NCBI GenBank assembly: GCA_964035545.1
Contig: OZ037770.1
Location: 4,682,662 to 4,746,661 of the forward strand
Reading direction: 5' to 3'
DNA: 64,000 nt
Source: Bugula neritina
Taxonomy: Eukaryota; Animalia; Bryozoa
The position numbers were made by a program, and so were the translations under genes. Under the pieces are notes generated by a model. It had not been told where the DNA came from and did no database searches. It worked only from the letters and a program-made list of their open reading frames with translations. Of the stretch, positions 22,601-34,679 are shown in pieces. Within the stretch, counting starts at the first letter, position 1; the number at the start of each line of letters is the position of its first letter.

Positions 22601-24971
22601 AACGTGAAGTTAATACAACCCAACCTAAAGACTACCAGAAACCTGAGGATTAAGAATCTATTCTCGAATGCTGAAAAGGTTGGTGTATCAGTTTAGGGTC
22701 ATAATTTTTGCCATTAAAGTATGCTCACTCAATTTATTAGATTTTTATGTTCATATTGTATAACGTATTCTTAGGCCAAACTTTATAAAAACATGCACCT
22801 GTAGCAAAATGACACTATTTACTGTTAGCTCTAATATTAGGCCATGTCTGCCTCAAACATGTTTAACTAGACGTACAAGTATGTTAACTATTACTATCAT
22901 TCATTACAGTGTTTAGTAATCTGTTCTAAGTATATTTTTATCCAGGTATTCAGTATGACAAGAAAGAGAGGAAGAGCTCTTATAATAAACAACAAGAACT
23001 TTGTTGAAAGACCAGACTTATGCAGGGAAGGATCAGATGCTGATGTTGAGAATATGTCTGCCATGTTGAAATCTCTCAAGTTTGATGTTGAGACACACAC
23101 AGACCTGACAGCAGAGGTATGTTGTTATGGTGGAAGTAATGCGAGCACTATTTAACCATCAAGTAGTTTTTCATATATAATGTCTTGTTTGTTCTTTAAC
23201 CAAATATTTTGTAAAGTTTGTAAAATATTTTACCAAAATATTTTTTTTTTACATTCACTGAATTATGTCTTTAATTGTACTTAAGAATTTTTCTAAAGCT
23301 ACATTGAAAATTTTGGGTCTTGTTAGTTTCTGCTCACTTTTTGGTCTTTTGTTAGGTTGATGAGAAAACTTTTTGCTCACATTGCATATAACTTTATAGC
23401 AATTATTTGACACTTTAAAATGAGGTAAATTTGTTTGACTGTTTAAATTCGTTTTCAAATTTGTAGGAAATGCTGTCTGCTGTGAAGTCTGAGGTGAAAA
23501 AGGGGAAACACAAAGAGTTTGGATGTCATATACTGGTTGTTATGACTCTTGGTAGAGAAGATAACTGTATCTATGGAACTGACCTCGAGAAGGTCAACCT
23601 CACTGACCTGTGTGATTTGCTCACTCCTTTGTATTTCGATGGAATAAGTAGAAAACCTAAGGTTGTCATACTAGAAGCCTGCAGTGGAGGTAGTTTGTAG
23701 TATAAATTTGAACTTTTAGTTCAATGGTTGAACTAGTAAATACTCCCTGTCAGAAACTAGTCATCTAATTAATTGGCGCTTCAACATGATTCATAGTTTG
23801 GATTGCTTGAGCAACTGGGTGTCTTGAGATTGTTTAGCTCACAATATTAAGGTCGTTGTTATGTATGTGTTACAGCAAACATTGAAGTAAGCCCAGACAG
23901 ATCTGGTCTTGCAGCAGATCAAGAAGAAGAAACTGAAGCTGCCTCTTCTACACCTTCTGAAGCTAATGAAGAAGACAATGATGAATATCCTGAACCGCCA
24001 AGAAAAAGAATTAGACCCATCAGACCAGTCTCACCACCAGAACCTAGAATAGAAGAGTGTAGAACTGTACGGGATATAGATGATCTTCTTGTTCTGAAGA
24101 GTAGCGTCTGCTGTAAGTATAGCAAGAGAAAGTTGTTCATTGGTTTGATAAATGTGCAGCTACAGTTTTTTTCAATCTAAAAGTCTGTTTCCTAAATTTA
24201 ATCTGACCATGCTATATGTAATCTTTTTCTTGTTCTTCGTAAATTGCGAGTTAATGTTCAAAATCAAACAGAATTTAGAAAATTTCAGGCTTGCTTTGTC
24301 TACACCATGCTTTGAGTTTCATTTAATTTTATTGCAGCATCAAAAAGACATCCTGAGTATGGATCTCCTATGATTAGAGCTCTAGTATCTTCAATCTACA
24401 AACATGCCTGTCATCGTGATCTCTACACCATCTTTCAGCAGGTGAGTTTAAAATGATAATTTTGTCAATTTCTACTTGTATATAGAATTATTTTTATGTT
24501 TAGCTGTGTGATAATTTACAATTTGCATGTCCAATGAATAAAATATAATGTAAATTAGGTAGCTTCTTAAAACGTGCTCGTATTTTTACTAATTTATATT
24601 TCTCCCACTGTGCCTGTTGTAAAGGTTAAAGCCCAACCTCAAGCTTTTCTTTAATATATTCTATAGTGGTAGCAGACAACTCTCAGGATCTACTTGCTTA
24701 GATTGAATATGAATAGGAAAGCCTAGTTTAGCAGCTGAGAGTTGTACCTTATCACAGCTATAAGTAGTTAGTTAGAACACAGTCTTACTAGTCATTACTT
24801 ACTCTACAGGTGGACACTAAACTAGTGAAGAAACTGTATACAGGTGAAGATTCAGAGAGAAGCAGAAATTTGGTTGCAATCTGGAATACTCTTCCATTCA
24901 GTAAAAGACTTTACCTTTTTCCTGGCTTCGATGGGTTTAATAGAGAGGACAACTCCTCACTCAGCACATAA
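4663..24971 (+). CDS. ROCO-caspase paralogue 1: LRR-Roc-COR-caspase-like fusion, ~1450 aa, caspase His lost
   Basis: Hand-spliced exons: 4663-4675 (GCCATGG Kozak), 5134-5365, seven 138-bp LRR exons, 19926-21928, 22255-22347, 22530-22678, 22946-23116, 23467-23689, 23876-24112, 24338-24441, 24810-24971 (TAA). All introns are GT-AG with compatible phases; total 4353 nt, open. Roc motifs GNTMAGKTSL / FDMGGQ / THKD; COR-type YMHDCGKVLWY; caspase RGRALIINN..REGSDAD, MTLG, EACSG, SKRHPEYGS, KRLYLFPG. Confidence 0.85.
6210..6347 (+). CDS. LRR cassette exon 1 of paralogue 1 (2x23-aa LRR)
   Basis: TTACAG|T...GAGAG|GTTTGT, 138 bp. LCKLTQLEKLDIGWNHLDTVPEVVSSLTSLKELNMENCKLSTLPE. Confidence 0.9.
6786..6923 (+). 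CDS. LRR cassette exon 2 of paralogue 1
   Basis: 138 bp, same splice signals. LCQLTRLEKLHMRDNPLNTVPEVVSSLTSLKELNMWNCGLSTLPQ. Confidence 0.9.
7366..7503 (+). CDS. LRR cassette exon 3 of paralogue 1
   Basis: 138 bp. LCQLTQLEKLNLGGNPLNTVPEVVSSLTSLKELDIKSCELSTLPE. Confidence 0.9.
7924..8061 (+). CDS. LRR cassette exon 4 of paralogue 1
   Basis: 138 bp. LCQLTKLEKLNIKLNPLNTVPEVVSSLTSLKELKMWNCGLSTLPQ. Confidence 0.9.
8508..8645 (+). CDS. LRR cassette exon 5 of paralogue 1
   Basis: 138 bp. LCQLTQLEKLYIGGNPLNTVPELVSSLTSLRVLNMERCNLSTLPE. Confidence 0.9.
9103..9240 (+). CDS. LRR cassette exon 6 of paralogue 1
   Basis: 138 bp. LCKLTQLEKLDISGNPLYTVPEVVSSLTSLKELNMENCKISTLPE. Confidence 0.9.
9680..9817 (+). 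CDS. LRR cassette exon 7 of paralogue 1
   Basis: 138 bp. LCQLTELERLYIGSNPLKTVPEVVSSLTSLEELDVGRCELSNLPE. Confidence 0.9.
10148..17322 (-). mobile_element. Ty3/Gypsy LTR retrotransposon (degenerate, intronic)
   Basis: Minus-strand gag remnant (16631-17290), protease LLDSGC, RT (WRFCVDYRKLN, PFGL, LYLDE), RNase H (DTDASD), integrase (zinc-binding H..H/CEIC, ERNNR, GPY), with frameshifts. 3' LTR 10148-10456 with TGTAGT..ACTACA ends and adjacent PPT GGTGGGGGGCAG. Only ~24 bp of the 5' LTR survives (17299-17322). Flanks resume the same intron type seen at ~8960-9000. Confidence 0.92.
11097..11918 (-). CDS. Extra retrotransposon ORF with C2H2-like zinc fingers
   Basis: 273-aa ORF between integrase and 3' LTR: CRLC-x12-HIHQH and CPCG..HQRTMECH, then a Pro-rich tail. 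A frameshifted coiled-coil continuation lies at 10844-11026. Confidence 0.55.
   Translation of the reverse strand: METGLTSVNSDLITPVESQLLETGLNEDITMADDLLDLELDTMFLSQSTRLNTVSQVPYKKMHDSQTSNSRLSSELCCKDQIRSNKNSALSDITRSSNYDDMPPLEMAWETEPTSATLPEILITRSSWVTQDIENIIQQDRGNDDCTTCRLCQQHFTTPRRLRVHIHQHFITTFCPCGEYSYHRDYTLRHQRTMECHVGHLYNVDKLSFITFLGLIKPFISDSARYERLSQEFPAPRAITQGPCPKPPGLKKLLVPRPKPPLTLRPVPTSYPE
18322..19637. mobile_element. Non-autonomous DNA transposon, 1.3 kb, TA-flanked
   Basis: Imperfect TIRs GGGTTAACGGGGCACAACGG and CCGTTGTGCCCCCGTTACCCC, with TA on both sides. Internal GGGCACAATGGGCC copies at ~18687, 18711 and 19441. Absent at the paralogous site (CCAAATATA|CTTATAATT, ~56800). Confidence 0.8.
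19926..21928 (+). CDS. Large exon of paralogue 1: last LRRs, Roc GTPase and COR
   Basis: Acceptor ATTAG|A at 19925/6 and donor T|GTATGT. 2003 bp, the same length as in paralogue 2. P-loop GNTMAGKT, G3 DMGGQ, G4 THKD; the pre-Roc motif LTSPPLEIC..G..AVRQY is typical of ROCO proteins. Confidence 0.92.
22946..24971 (+). CDS. Caspase-like domain exons of paralogue 1 (predicted catalytically impaired)
   Basis: p20 RGRALIINNKNF..CREGSDADV. The catalytic-His codon is CTT (Leu) at 23548-23550. EACSG at 23674-23688. p10 SKRHPEYGSPMIRAL..KHACH..KRLYLFPG resembles caspase-2/9-type C-termini. Confidence 0.85.
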
Positions 24972-25543
24972 ATCCAATATGAAACTGCGCAAATTTTAGT
25001 TTAGTCGTTGAACAAAGTTCTATGACATTTTACTCTACTTGCAGAGTGAGCTTGCGTGTATGGGGATAAATAATCATAGCCGACAGCTAAATTATCTACA
25101 TGAATCGAAGAGTTCTTACTTTTATATTTTACCTTGGATATAAACCTATGTTGATTACATCTATATCATTAAATTTCCTTGTGATGTCATTTCCTATCAC
25201 ATAATCATATTATTATATAATATTTTGTCTTCTCACATTACCGTTACATAATCAGTTCACTTCGGAGTTAGTATTTGTGTTTCTATATAGTATTTTATGC
25301 TGTATAGTAGTTATATTACCACTTAAATAAATATTTTTTGCCTTGTAAAACATTAACCATTCCTGCTTATTATATCAGTTATATGGTTTTTACTTAGCCA
25401 AATTGGTTATCATTTATATTTTGATCTAACATTAAGCACTGACTATGTTGTTTCGGCACATGTTCTAATGGCTATGGTAATATTATTATCATAATTATAG
25501 TAGCTTGCTAATATATATTGAAGTTTGCTCTTTATATTTTATC

Positions 25544-25549
25544 AATAAA
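25544..25549 (+). terminator. Candidate polyadenylation signal, paralogue 1
   Basis: AATAAA in the 3' region, conserved with paralogue 2 (63700-63705). The AT-rich background lowers its specificity. Confidence 0.4.
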
Positions 25550-26329
25550 TTTTATTCAAATATTTTATATAAAAAATTTCAATTGCTTTTAAGATTTCAA
25601 GTCTGGAAAATTTTATTTCAATAATCTGTGATTAAAGTAACGAGTACATTATTTACAAATAATGGTTATAAAATTTGTCATTTTCTTATCTGCATCTGCA
25701 AACCAATCATTTTTCAACTAAGCTAATGAAACGACAGCATCATTTTTCACTTAATGCTATTCAGACACTTTGTGCAGATATGACTCATTAGTTTTAGAAG
25801 ACATATCATTTAGGAGAAGGTAAACTTCAATCTCAACCCTCCGCTGCCAACCAAAGGAAAGGCTTAATCTGACAGTTCATGCAACGGCGCTGGTGCCGAA
25901 CTGTAACTGCTCCTGTAGGTACGCCAGCGACGTGGAGAGTGGGGACATGCTACACGGGCAACAGCCTGTCCTCCGTATGATCAATGCCCAGGCACACACC
26001 TGCACACAACCATCCTTTTCTTACTGTAGAGAAAACTCCGGATTTGCCTTCTGCGGAAACACAACACGGGGAGCGGTTATAAGCTGAAGCTCAATTTGTG
26101 TAGAGCAAGGCACAAGGTGTTGCTTCTGACGGTGGAAGAGGTCTCTAGATCTCGCTGGACAGTTACCACCCGCAATAAGCTGGAAAGCCTCCAGCCAGTT
26201 GAGTGATCTCCTGCCACAGTCCGCCTTCCTTATTGGGTGCAAGGAAAAAAGGGGACAACCGAACAGCAGACTGCAATCATTTACAGGGCAACAAAAAATT
26301 GAAAATAAGAGACCAGGTCCTAAATTGAA

Positions 26330-27600
26330 ATGTTTGAAGGTCCGTACTTTGCTAACTTTTCTATCTATCAATTTACAGAACATCAGAGACACCTGAAAAT
26401 CATCCACATAAACGATGAATTCAAGAGAATAAGCGTCGACATTACTACGTCCTTCAAGAAACGCAACTAGCTAATAGTGGCACTCTATAGAAAATTACTA
26501 CACATGTTACTGGCGGGAAAGAAGTTCTAATCAGCCAAAAGTGTATGAAGTTGGCTTTGCAGTGAAGAACAGTTTCTTGAGTATGGTAGAGCCATGTACT
26601 AGCAGCTCATAGCGTCAGAGCAATGTATAAGGGCATCGAGATGGCAATGGGACTAATCCAGAGCAAGATGCCTCCTCTCAAACCTTCCACTGGAGAAGTC
26701 ATCACCAAAAAAGAAAAGCAGATAGAAAGATAGGTAGAACACTAGACCCACCTACACTCTCACCAGAAAGTTGTGTCTTCCTCTGCTCTTGATGCAGTTG
26801 AATGTATGTCCACTATTGATGATTTTGATGACGAAACCACTGTAGTTAACCAATGGATAACGCCATTGATAGTTTGTCCTAGGGCAAGACACCTGGTAGT
26901 GATGGAATATCTCCTGATCACATCAATCGCTGCAAAACTAATCTTTTACATTCCCTGCATGAAGTTCTTTGTCAATGCTGAGAAGAAGGTGCTGTTCCAC
27001 AAGACATGAGAGATGCAAACATCACCAAACTTTACAAGAATGAGAGAGACAAAAAAAGGTCTCAACGACTAAAGAGGCATCTATTTCACTGCTCAGCACC
27101 GTTGGCAAAGTGTTTGCCAAAGTCATCCTGGCTCACCTACAGATACTAGCTAAACGGGTCTACCTGAGTCGCAGTGTGGTTTAAAGAGCAAAAGATGCCT
27201 TTTCATGTTGCCTTTGTCAAATTGACAAAGGCTTTTGTCCGGGTCAACAGAAAGGGGTTGCTAAAAATCCTTCCAAAGATCGGCTGCTCTTCAAAACTGC
27301 AAAGCATGATAGAATATTTCTACATGCAATAACAGGAAGGAGACAGCAATGTTTGACAGCGACTTTTCGGAACCCTTCGACATACGAAGTGGCGTCACAC
27401 AAGGCTGCATTCTTGCACCAACATCCTTTGGTGTCTTCTTTGCCACGCTCTAAAAGCACGCTTTTAATAATACATCAGAAGGTATTTACCTACAAACTAA
27501 ATTCAATAATAAACTCTTTAATTTTCCCTGACTCAGAGCATCCAAAAAGTTTTTCAAATTGTCATCAAAGACATGCTGGTTGCTCATGATGCTGCTTTGA
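26330..27600 (+). mobile_element. Decayed RTE-like non-LTR retrotransposon fragment
   Basis: Broken frames give DMRDANITKLYKN, LLSTVGKVFAKVILAHLQILAKRV..ESQCG, VAFVKLTKAF and SGVTQGCILAPTSF, typical of RTE-clade RT. The GC-richer stretch 25850-26270 may be its 5' UTR. Confidence 0.7.
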
Positions 27601-28572
27601 TATGAATAATTGCTTGCAATATAAGATATAAGATATAAGTTGGCATATGCAATGTGTTTTGTTGGTGAAACTTCAGGTTTCGGGGTTGTTTTCTCTCATA
27701 GCCCTATAATTATACTATATCAACTAACTAGGCAAAACTCTGTGGACATAAAATCGAATGAACAACTAATTGAGAATCATTCAACATTCTTTGTTTAAAA
27801 TATTATAATGCTGCTCACTAACACAGACTAACATGCATGATTGAATAACTTTTTAACAGACATTGAGTGTTTTTTAAAACAATTAAAATCTTAGGTGGTA
27901 TAAAGTAGCAAATTGTTAAACCCCTTAAGGTATTCTGCAGTTATAATCAACTATGACGAAGCCTACAGCTGAACGTAATTCTATTTCCTGTATTGCTCAT
28001 CTAGAACAGGCACATATGACACGCTAGGTATAGGACTGTGTTTGAGGTAGGCAAGTGACCCCATGTCAATTGATACATCTTACACCATCTTTAAACTCAA
28101 TATAAAATTATCTAGATATAAGAATGTGTGATGAACAAACCAATGTGACAAACATTACCAGATATGAATCAAAACCAGATAGTTTATCTCTCCAGGTTTG
28201 TTAATTTACATTGTCTTCATGTTTGTAATGATTAGCTAAAGCATCACTTCCAATACATAACTTTTTTATTTATCAAAAATTATTAAACTTGCTTTGATGT
28301 CGATGAAATTATATATATATATTTTTCAATGTATAATAATGTTTGTGAGAATTGGTGAAAAAATACATAACGTGCAACTTTCTTGCAAAAACATAAATAG
28401 TTTTTGCAGACAAAAAATGGATCCCAGTGCATATAAAAAATATGTATATAGATCTCGTATATGCTTTGTATTTTCACAAATGATAATATTCTACACTATA
28501 ATGTGTCCAATACCAAAATATGAACGTGATCAAACAGTAATAGAGTATTCTAAGAAAAACATTCTTAACTTT

Positions 28573-31500
28573 TCACCCCATAATCCTGTATTTTAATTCA
28601 GAGTTGAGGAGTTGTCGTTCTTGTCTAGAGTTGGCTATCAGAGAGGAATTTTCATGAGACCGTCTAGACAGATATGGCAAAGACTGGCTGATTTTACCAA
28701 CAGCCACTGATTTATACACAGGATATCCCTTTTGACTTAAATACAACAGGATATTGATAATAAATACTTATTGACAAGCTTCTCGTATAATTCGATGGAA
28801 GTTGTCTTTTTTTTAAAGAATAGCTTTCCTGAAATAGGTATATATAGTTGGCTGAGTGTCATAGGTTTAGATAGCTCTTAAGAATTATTAACTACAGATG
28901 AAGGTATATTTAAACCGGTCAAGTTCCGTTGGGTTTTGAATTTTTACTGAGTTTAAAACAGTGCGACATTGAATTTTATTGCATGATTCTCATCTGCATT
29001 GAAGAGTTTAAAGTTGATTTGTAACTTCATAAATTTTCCAGGTTTATATTCGCCAACCCTACAAAAGTCCCAGATAGAAAAAGTAAGCTACATTTTTCTC
29101 TTTTATGTTGTAAAAGAAACTTATGAGTGAGTGCCCTTCTTCAACTCACCAGTGGCCTTTGTATAAGATAGAACTGCTGTCTATATGCTTACTAAGCCTG
29201 TGCTTTAACCACTAGATCATGCTGCAATAGTTACACTTACCTAGAGTATATGTTATGTGGTCACACATCCCATAAACCTGAGCAAGTATCACTTTCCTCT
29301 CTTCACTTGAAATACCATAACTTCTCATTCTACATGAGAATAATAATACTAACTATCTTGAGTTTATATAATATATAATGCGTGCACATGGATATAATGT
29401 ATATATGCACATTGCATCAGAGAGGAATGGATTATGCAAAGTCGTTAGTAATAAAACATTTGATCAGTTTCCACCACATGACCAGCTACAATTAAACTGG
29501 TAAAACTATATCTACCTTTGTACAGCCTGTTTGATGGAGTCTTGGTTATGAGAAGCGAGAACAAATCTGATTTGTCTCCCCTGGTTGCTGTTATCACGGA
29601 TCTTCTGCAGTAGCCAGTTGGCTGTAGAGTTGTACGAGTTATGTGTAGCCTGTATTCCATCGTGTACAGGACAAGGATGATCTTGAATTTTAGCTTCATT
29701 TTCCTCAGCTACCATGTACGCGCCCCTTACCAACTTAGCTGAAATATCAAACACACAGTTTTTAGAACCTCAGCCTTCTGTTATATAAACAGGATGAAAT
29801 TAAATAATTCTACATAATATTTGTGTGAATCAGTCAAAAGGAAGTAAATGAACATTCCTAAGTAATTAAACAAATATAATATTGAACTATACTCATCTGT
29901 TGATAAAAGTTTTAAGTTAGCTGCATTTTGTCAAAGTTTATATTATGAACAAGCTCATTATAATATAAGTCAAGTGTTTTGTTTTTTACAAGAACCCAAC
30001 ATTGTAGAATCCTTAGAGTACAATTAGATGCGTCAATAACTTTTAAAATGCATTTTGAGTTATGCCAATCAGCTGAATAAAGGACATTGGAAGGTCACAT
30101 GAATCCACAAATTAGAGTCTAAACTGTAATAGATTTTCTCAAATCAATCTTTAATCTAATATACAATATGTTTGTGATTGTGAAGCAGAATTTCCTATCA
30201 ATTATTTATGTGTTTGCTAGTTCAACCTATTGGGAATTTTAATTATTATTTATATACTTGGGAGTTGCCCTCTTAAATTATGGTGAAGGCCAGAGTATAG
30301 ACAACTCCGTATGCTAATCAGCTAATCAACTGGAAAACTGACTGACTCACCTCCATAGTGAAGGTTATTCTTCTCGGCAAAATTGAATTCCCACTGCAAG
30401 GCCTCAGATGACTTCTACAATGTGCAAGAAACAACCAACATAGTGTGCACACATGAAGACATCTTTGTAGAATAAGTTATACAATTACCAAAAATATATT
30501 TACATGGAGAAACAAAAACACATCTTCTGCACCTTGAGAACCAATTTGGATCAAGTTTAAATGTTTATTAGAAAAAATAATGAAAGAAAGACAACTTTTG
30601 TTTGGTCTGTAAATCCACATTCTGAAACTTACTATCTGTAGATAACAGCAGTCTAACCTTGAGGTAGCATTGGGTTGTGTTCCAAACAACAGCCTTAGTC
30701 CTATTACACACTAGACTGAGAGCCATGGCCAAAGCTGTGAGAGCCGGGTTCGTGTTGGTATACTCAGCGTCCACCATCAACACAGTATCCGTGACAACAG
30801 CTTTTTGTCCCACTTCACCGAGCAGAATCAGCCCCGACAGCATTTCTGGGATGATGCCAGAAGCCCCAGGTGTCTCCGCTAGCCACCTCAGGGTGTCTAC
30901 AGGTACAGCCTATGTGCTGTATAATGCAGTAGAAGTAGTTATGAATATCAGGACAGTTCTTAGTTAATATTTGGATTCTTTGAAATGAGTCAACAAACTT
31001 ATCTAATATGACAAAACCCAGAGAAGTTTAAAGTCTCTATCCTTGATGGTATAAGGAACATTTTAAAAGCTGACTAAAGGCTTAAATTATTATGTGGCAC
31101 ACCAGTAAATCACACATGACCTTTACTGAGATTGACCCCATCACCTTGGTGTTACTAAGTTAGAAATCTAACCCCTAAACCACTGCTGCTTCCTAACATA
31201 TGTATAGGATAAGTAGAAGGTATAATAATACGCCAATTTGGTGAAGTCTAAATTTTTTTAAACTAATATCTTTGTGCTTTACAATTGGCACGTTGAATCT
31301 GCACTCCAAACCAAAACACATGATTACAGTATAGGAACTTAAGCCATATCTCATACAATATATAGACCTAAAGGACTTCTCCTTTACACAGATTACAGAC
31401 TATAATCACTGCTTCTCACTGCTACAAGACTATCAGGACTATCAAGAGAAAAGATTTAATGTGAACCAGTTACAACTGGCTTCAACCAAAACATTGGGAT

Positions 31501-34500
31501 ATGTAAATTCTTTTTCAATGATGGCTGTCACTGAGACATGACAAGATGACAGACTATGATAAGCTGACTGACAGCACAATACTAGGGAGACTGAAAAACT
31601 CATTAGTTATGAATTATAATATTTATTTTGTAACAAATATAAAATCTGCCAGCCTACACTGCAAATGCTCTTATATAATTGAGAGCTCCTCCCCCTCCCC
31701 CTACACTATGCCTTTTGTATAACCCCCGTTTCCCCTTCCCACACCACTTACACTCACTGCATGTCCATCATTGGGTTAAGTGAATGAATTGTTCATTTGG
31801 TCAACATGCAGAAACAACTACTTTGAATGAAACCACAACCATAGGTTAATACAAACTACAAGCACAATTTAATCTGTTAACATAATGACAGCCTAGCTTT
31901 TTGATGTAGAATGTTCTAGAAATATAATGAATAAACTATGGGGTTGTTTAAATACACAATGGCGTTGTTTCCATGACAACAAAGTCCGTCTACATTCACA
32001 CTAAACATTACATTATCTTGATTGTTATTCTTAAACTTGTGTAAGTCTTGTAAGTCTATGTAAACTCATGTAATTCTTGATTGTTTTTTTTTCCAAATTC
32101 TCAAATAGAATTCACACTTTCTATAAAGTGTATATATTTGCAGTTGAAATTGAAATTTATGATTTCTAGTTAAAAGTCTGGGTGCAGAGCGAAATTAGGT
32201 TACTGTTATAGTAATATAGGTGAAAACCAAAATATATAAAAAGAACTACAGCCTTAAAAAGGAATCAAAACCTAAATTATAGCCCAAGTCCTAACAGACT
32301 AAAAGAAATATCAGATGTTATACCAGGGTTGTGGGTGCGCATGTACTCAGCTGAACTATAAATAACTTTCTCTCTCACTTCATCAGACAGTAGGGACAGT
32401 GACTTCTGTTCAAATACAATAATAATATATCTTATAAGTATATCAACAGATGAACAGAAGTCTTAAATTATAATTAGACAATTGCAATTTTTAATGCTTT
32501 CATAAACATAACATACATAGATTTTCACAGGATAAATCTAATTCCGTTGAACTAAATGCCAAGTTTTACCAATTAAAATACTGAAACCAGAAATAGTAGC
32601 TAAAACAACAAAGCAAGCAGTGAACTCACCAACAGGTGTGAAGTGAACATAGCAGAAATACGAATTTGCATGTAGGAGCCATACGGAGTTATCTTTTCAG
32701 TAATACCTTCCATCATTTTGATAATGTTTTTAGCATTGCCATTAGCTTCCTCCACCCTTTAAAGCAATATATTTCAATTGCAAAACTTGAATGGAGCCAA
32801 AAATAACAAACATTTTTTTATTCTTAGTTCGCAGTCACAGTTGTCGTTTTGATAAAGATACAAAATATTGTTAGTAAAAACTTTTGTAATAAAAAGATGC
32901 TGATGTATCACTAATGATAGAGTACACCATATGACGTGTGTGGATCTTAAAAGTAACAGTATAAGATAAAAGTCAAACATGTTATATAAATTTGAATATG
33001 TCATATAACATTTGTTGATACCTTATGACACATTTTCAAGCATACAGTATTGGGCTGCATGCGCTGCAAAAAGCTTTAATGTGAAGTTTGCTATGTTAAT
33101 TATAATCAGCAAAGTACTGAATCAAATCATATCTCAGATCAAGTCACAGTTCAAGTCAATTATGGCAATGCATGACTTTATAGCATTTAATGAATTGAAA
33201 ATTCAATAAAACCAATGAATTGCTCTAACAGCATTTATCACAGTTTCTAAAATACTTTTTTGTAATCATAATACCAAAAACTTAATTGCAACAGATAGTT
33301 CAAGTCCTTGCTATAAAGTTATTAAATACAATTTTATTGATTCCATATTCTATAAAACTATTGTCACCACTCGGTACTGATCCCGACACCCGCCAGTTGC
33401 AAGTGCAGACGCACTAACCATTACACCAAAAGGTCTATTGGATAATCGCAATAATACACACTTGCTCAAAACTTAACTCATTCCAGAACATTTTTGAGAA
33501 CAAGTTGCATGTAGTCAACACTCTAACTAAGTCCACAGGTGACTTGAATAAAATCAGCTTGAATAAACTCTGAGAATTAGTAAGTCATTTAGCTGTCTCA
33601 TGCATAAAGAAGGTAGACAACTTAAAAATTGTTAACTTAGGTCTTTCATGAACTACACATTGCTACGCTTCGGGCCGTCATATACCAACCCTCTAATCTA
33701 CTTGAAAGAGAAAGGAAACTCACTTGTCTATGGCCTCCATTACCATCAGAACAAATGTGCCACTGTTGGCTTTAGCCAGTTTATCAATATTATATCTAAC
33801 ATCGGCTATAGTCACACCCCCAACAAACTGGTCATAGAACAAAGGCTTTACAACGGCAGAAGACAGTCTTTTACCCAGAATTCTCTGTGTCCTTTCAAAT
33901 ATCTGTAACAAAACAATTGCTGCTCAAGACTTTGCAAATATTTTTCATCTGAGACATAATATATGTACAGAACTATCAATATTCTATAACATTGTTACAC
34001 CTTTATATTATATCTGTTTAAATTACTGAGTGAAGCACATCACCAATTGATGTGATGGTAAAGGTAACTGATATCATTGAATTCGATAAAATTGCTAAAG
34101 AATATTTTATTCACTTTTTTATTTACTTTGCTTTCTATAAAATTAGCCTACATAATAATTGGCAAATTTCCAAGTTTTACTGGTTAAGAGTTGTATGCTC
34201 CTGCCACTTATCACAGTATTATATTGAGTTATAAGAAGCACACTGAGATGTAAATTATAATAAACTGTCATATCACATTGTGCAATTTTACAACTTCACT
34301 ATAATAAGATAATGATGTGCAATATTATATAAAGTTGTGGGGTTTTGTAATACAATACCCTATATAATTCACATAATAAGTTTCAAAAGTAATGTAAAGC
34401 AAGACTTAGTATGTAACACATAACCTCTGCTGATCTGCTCACAAACGTCCTGTTGGAACAGACTCTGAAGACTGTCAGAGCTCTCACAATCTCCCACAAT

Positions 34501-34679
34501 GACTTCTCTTTGAAAGCTTGCTTGTGATCAGTGAAATCCAAATCTGCAACTGGAGATGTCGCTGTATCTTCTGCAACTGTTTCTTGGTTTATTAAAACTG
34601 CCTTTTGCTGACGGGGCAAGACAGTTGATAGATATTTCTGCTGCTGAAAATGTCGGGCAGAGAGCTTGAGAAAAGACAT
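28573..34679 (-). CDS. PRODH2: Proline/hydroxyproline dehydrogenase (PRODH2-like), mitochondrial, multi-exon
   Basis: Exons ~34679-34425 (mito-like N-terminus, LDFTDHKQAFKEKSLWEIVRAL), 33902-33724 (FYDQFVGG), ~32756-32629, ~32405-32325, ~30910-30658 (LMVDAEYT..NPAL, VWNTTQCYLK), ~30414-30350, ~29777-29516 (KLVRGAY, ASHNQDS), ~29329-29241 (AQVYGMCDHITYTL), ~28737-28573 (YKSV..PYLSRRSHEN, TGA). DAEYT and YKS fit PRODH2 better than PRODH1. Some internal boundaries are approximate. Confidence 0.8.
33364..33432 (-). other. tRNA-derived SINE head or tRNA pseudogene (intronic)
   Basis: Reverse strand reads TTGGTGTAATGGTTAGTGCG (A-box-like), an anticodon-like arm and a degenerate B-box GGGATCAGTACC. 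It does not give a clean cloverleaf. Confidence 0.45.

Noticed and set aside
25850-26270. Possible HDV-like ribozyme in the putative RTE 5' UTR (GGGCA..TCCTCC..TGCCC)
   Set aside because: I could not build a complete nested double pseudoknot by eye. It would need an Infernal or RNArobo search.
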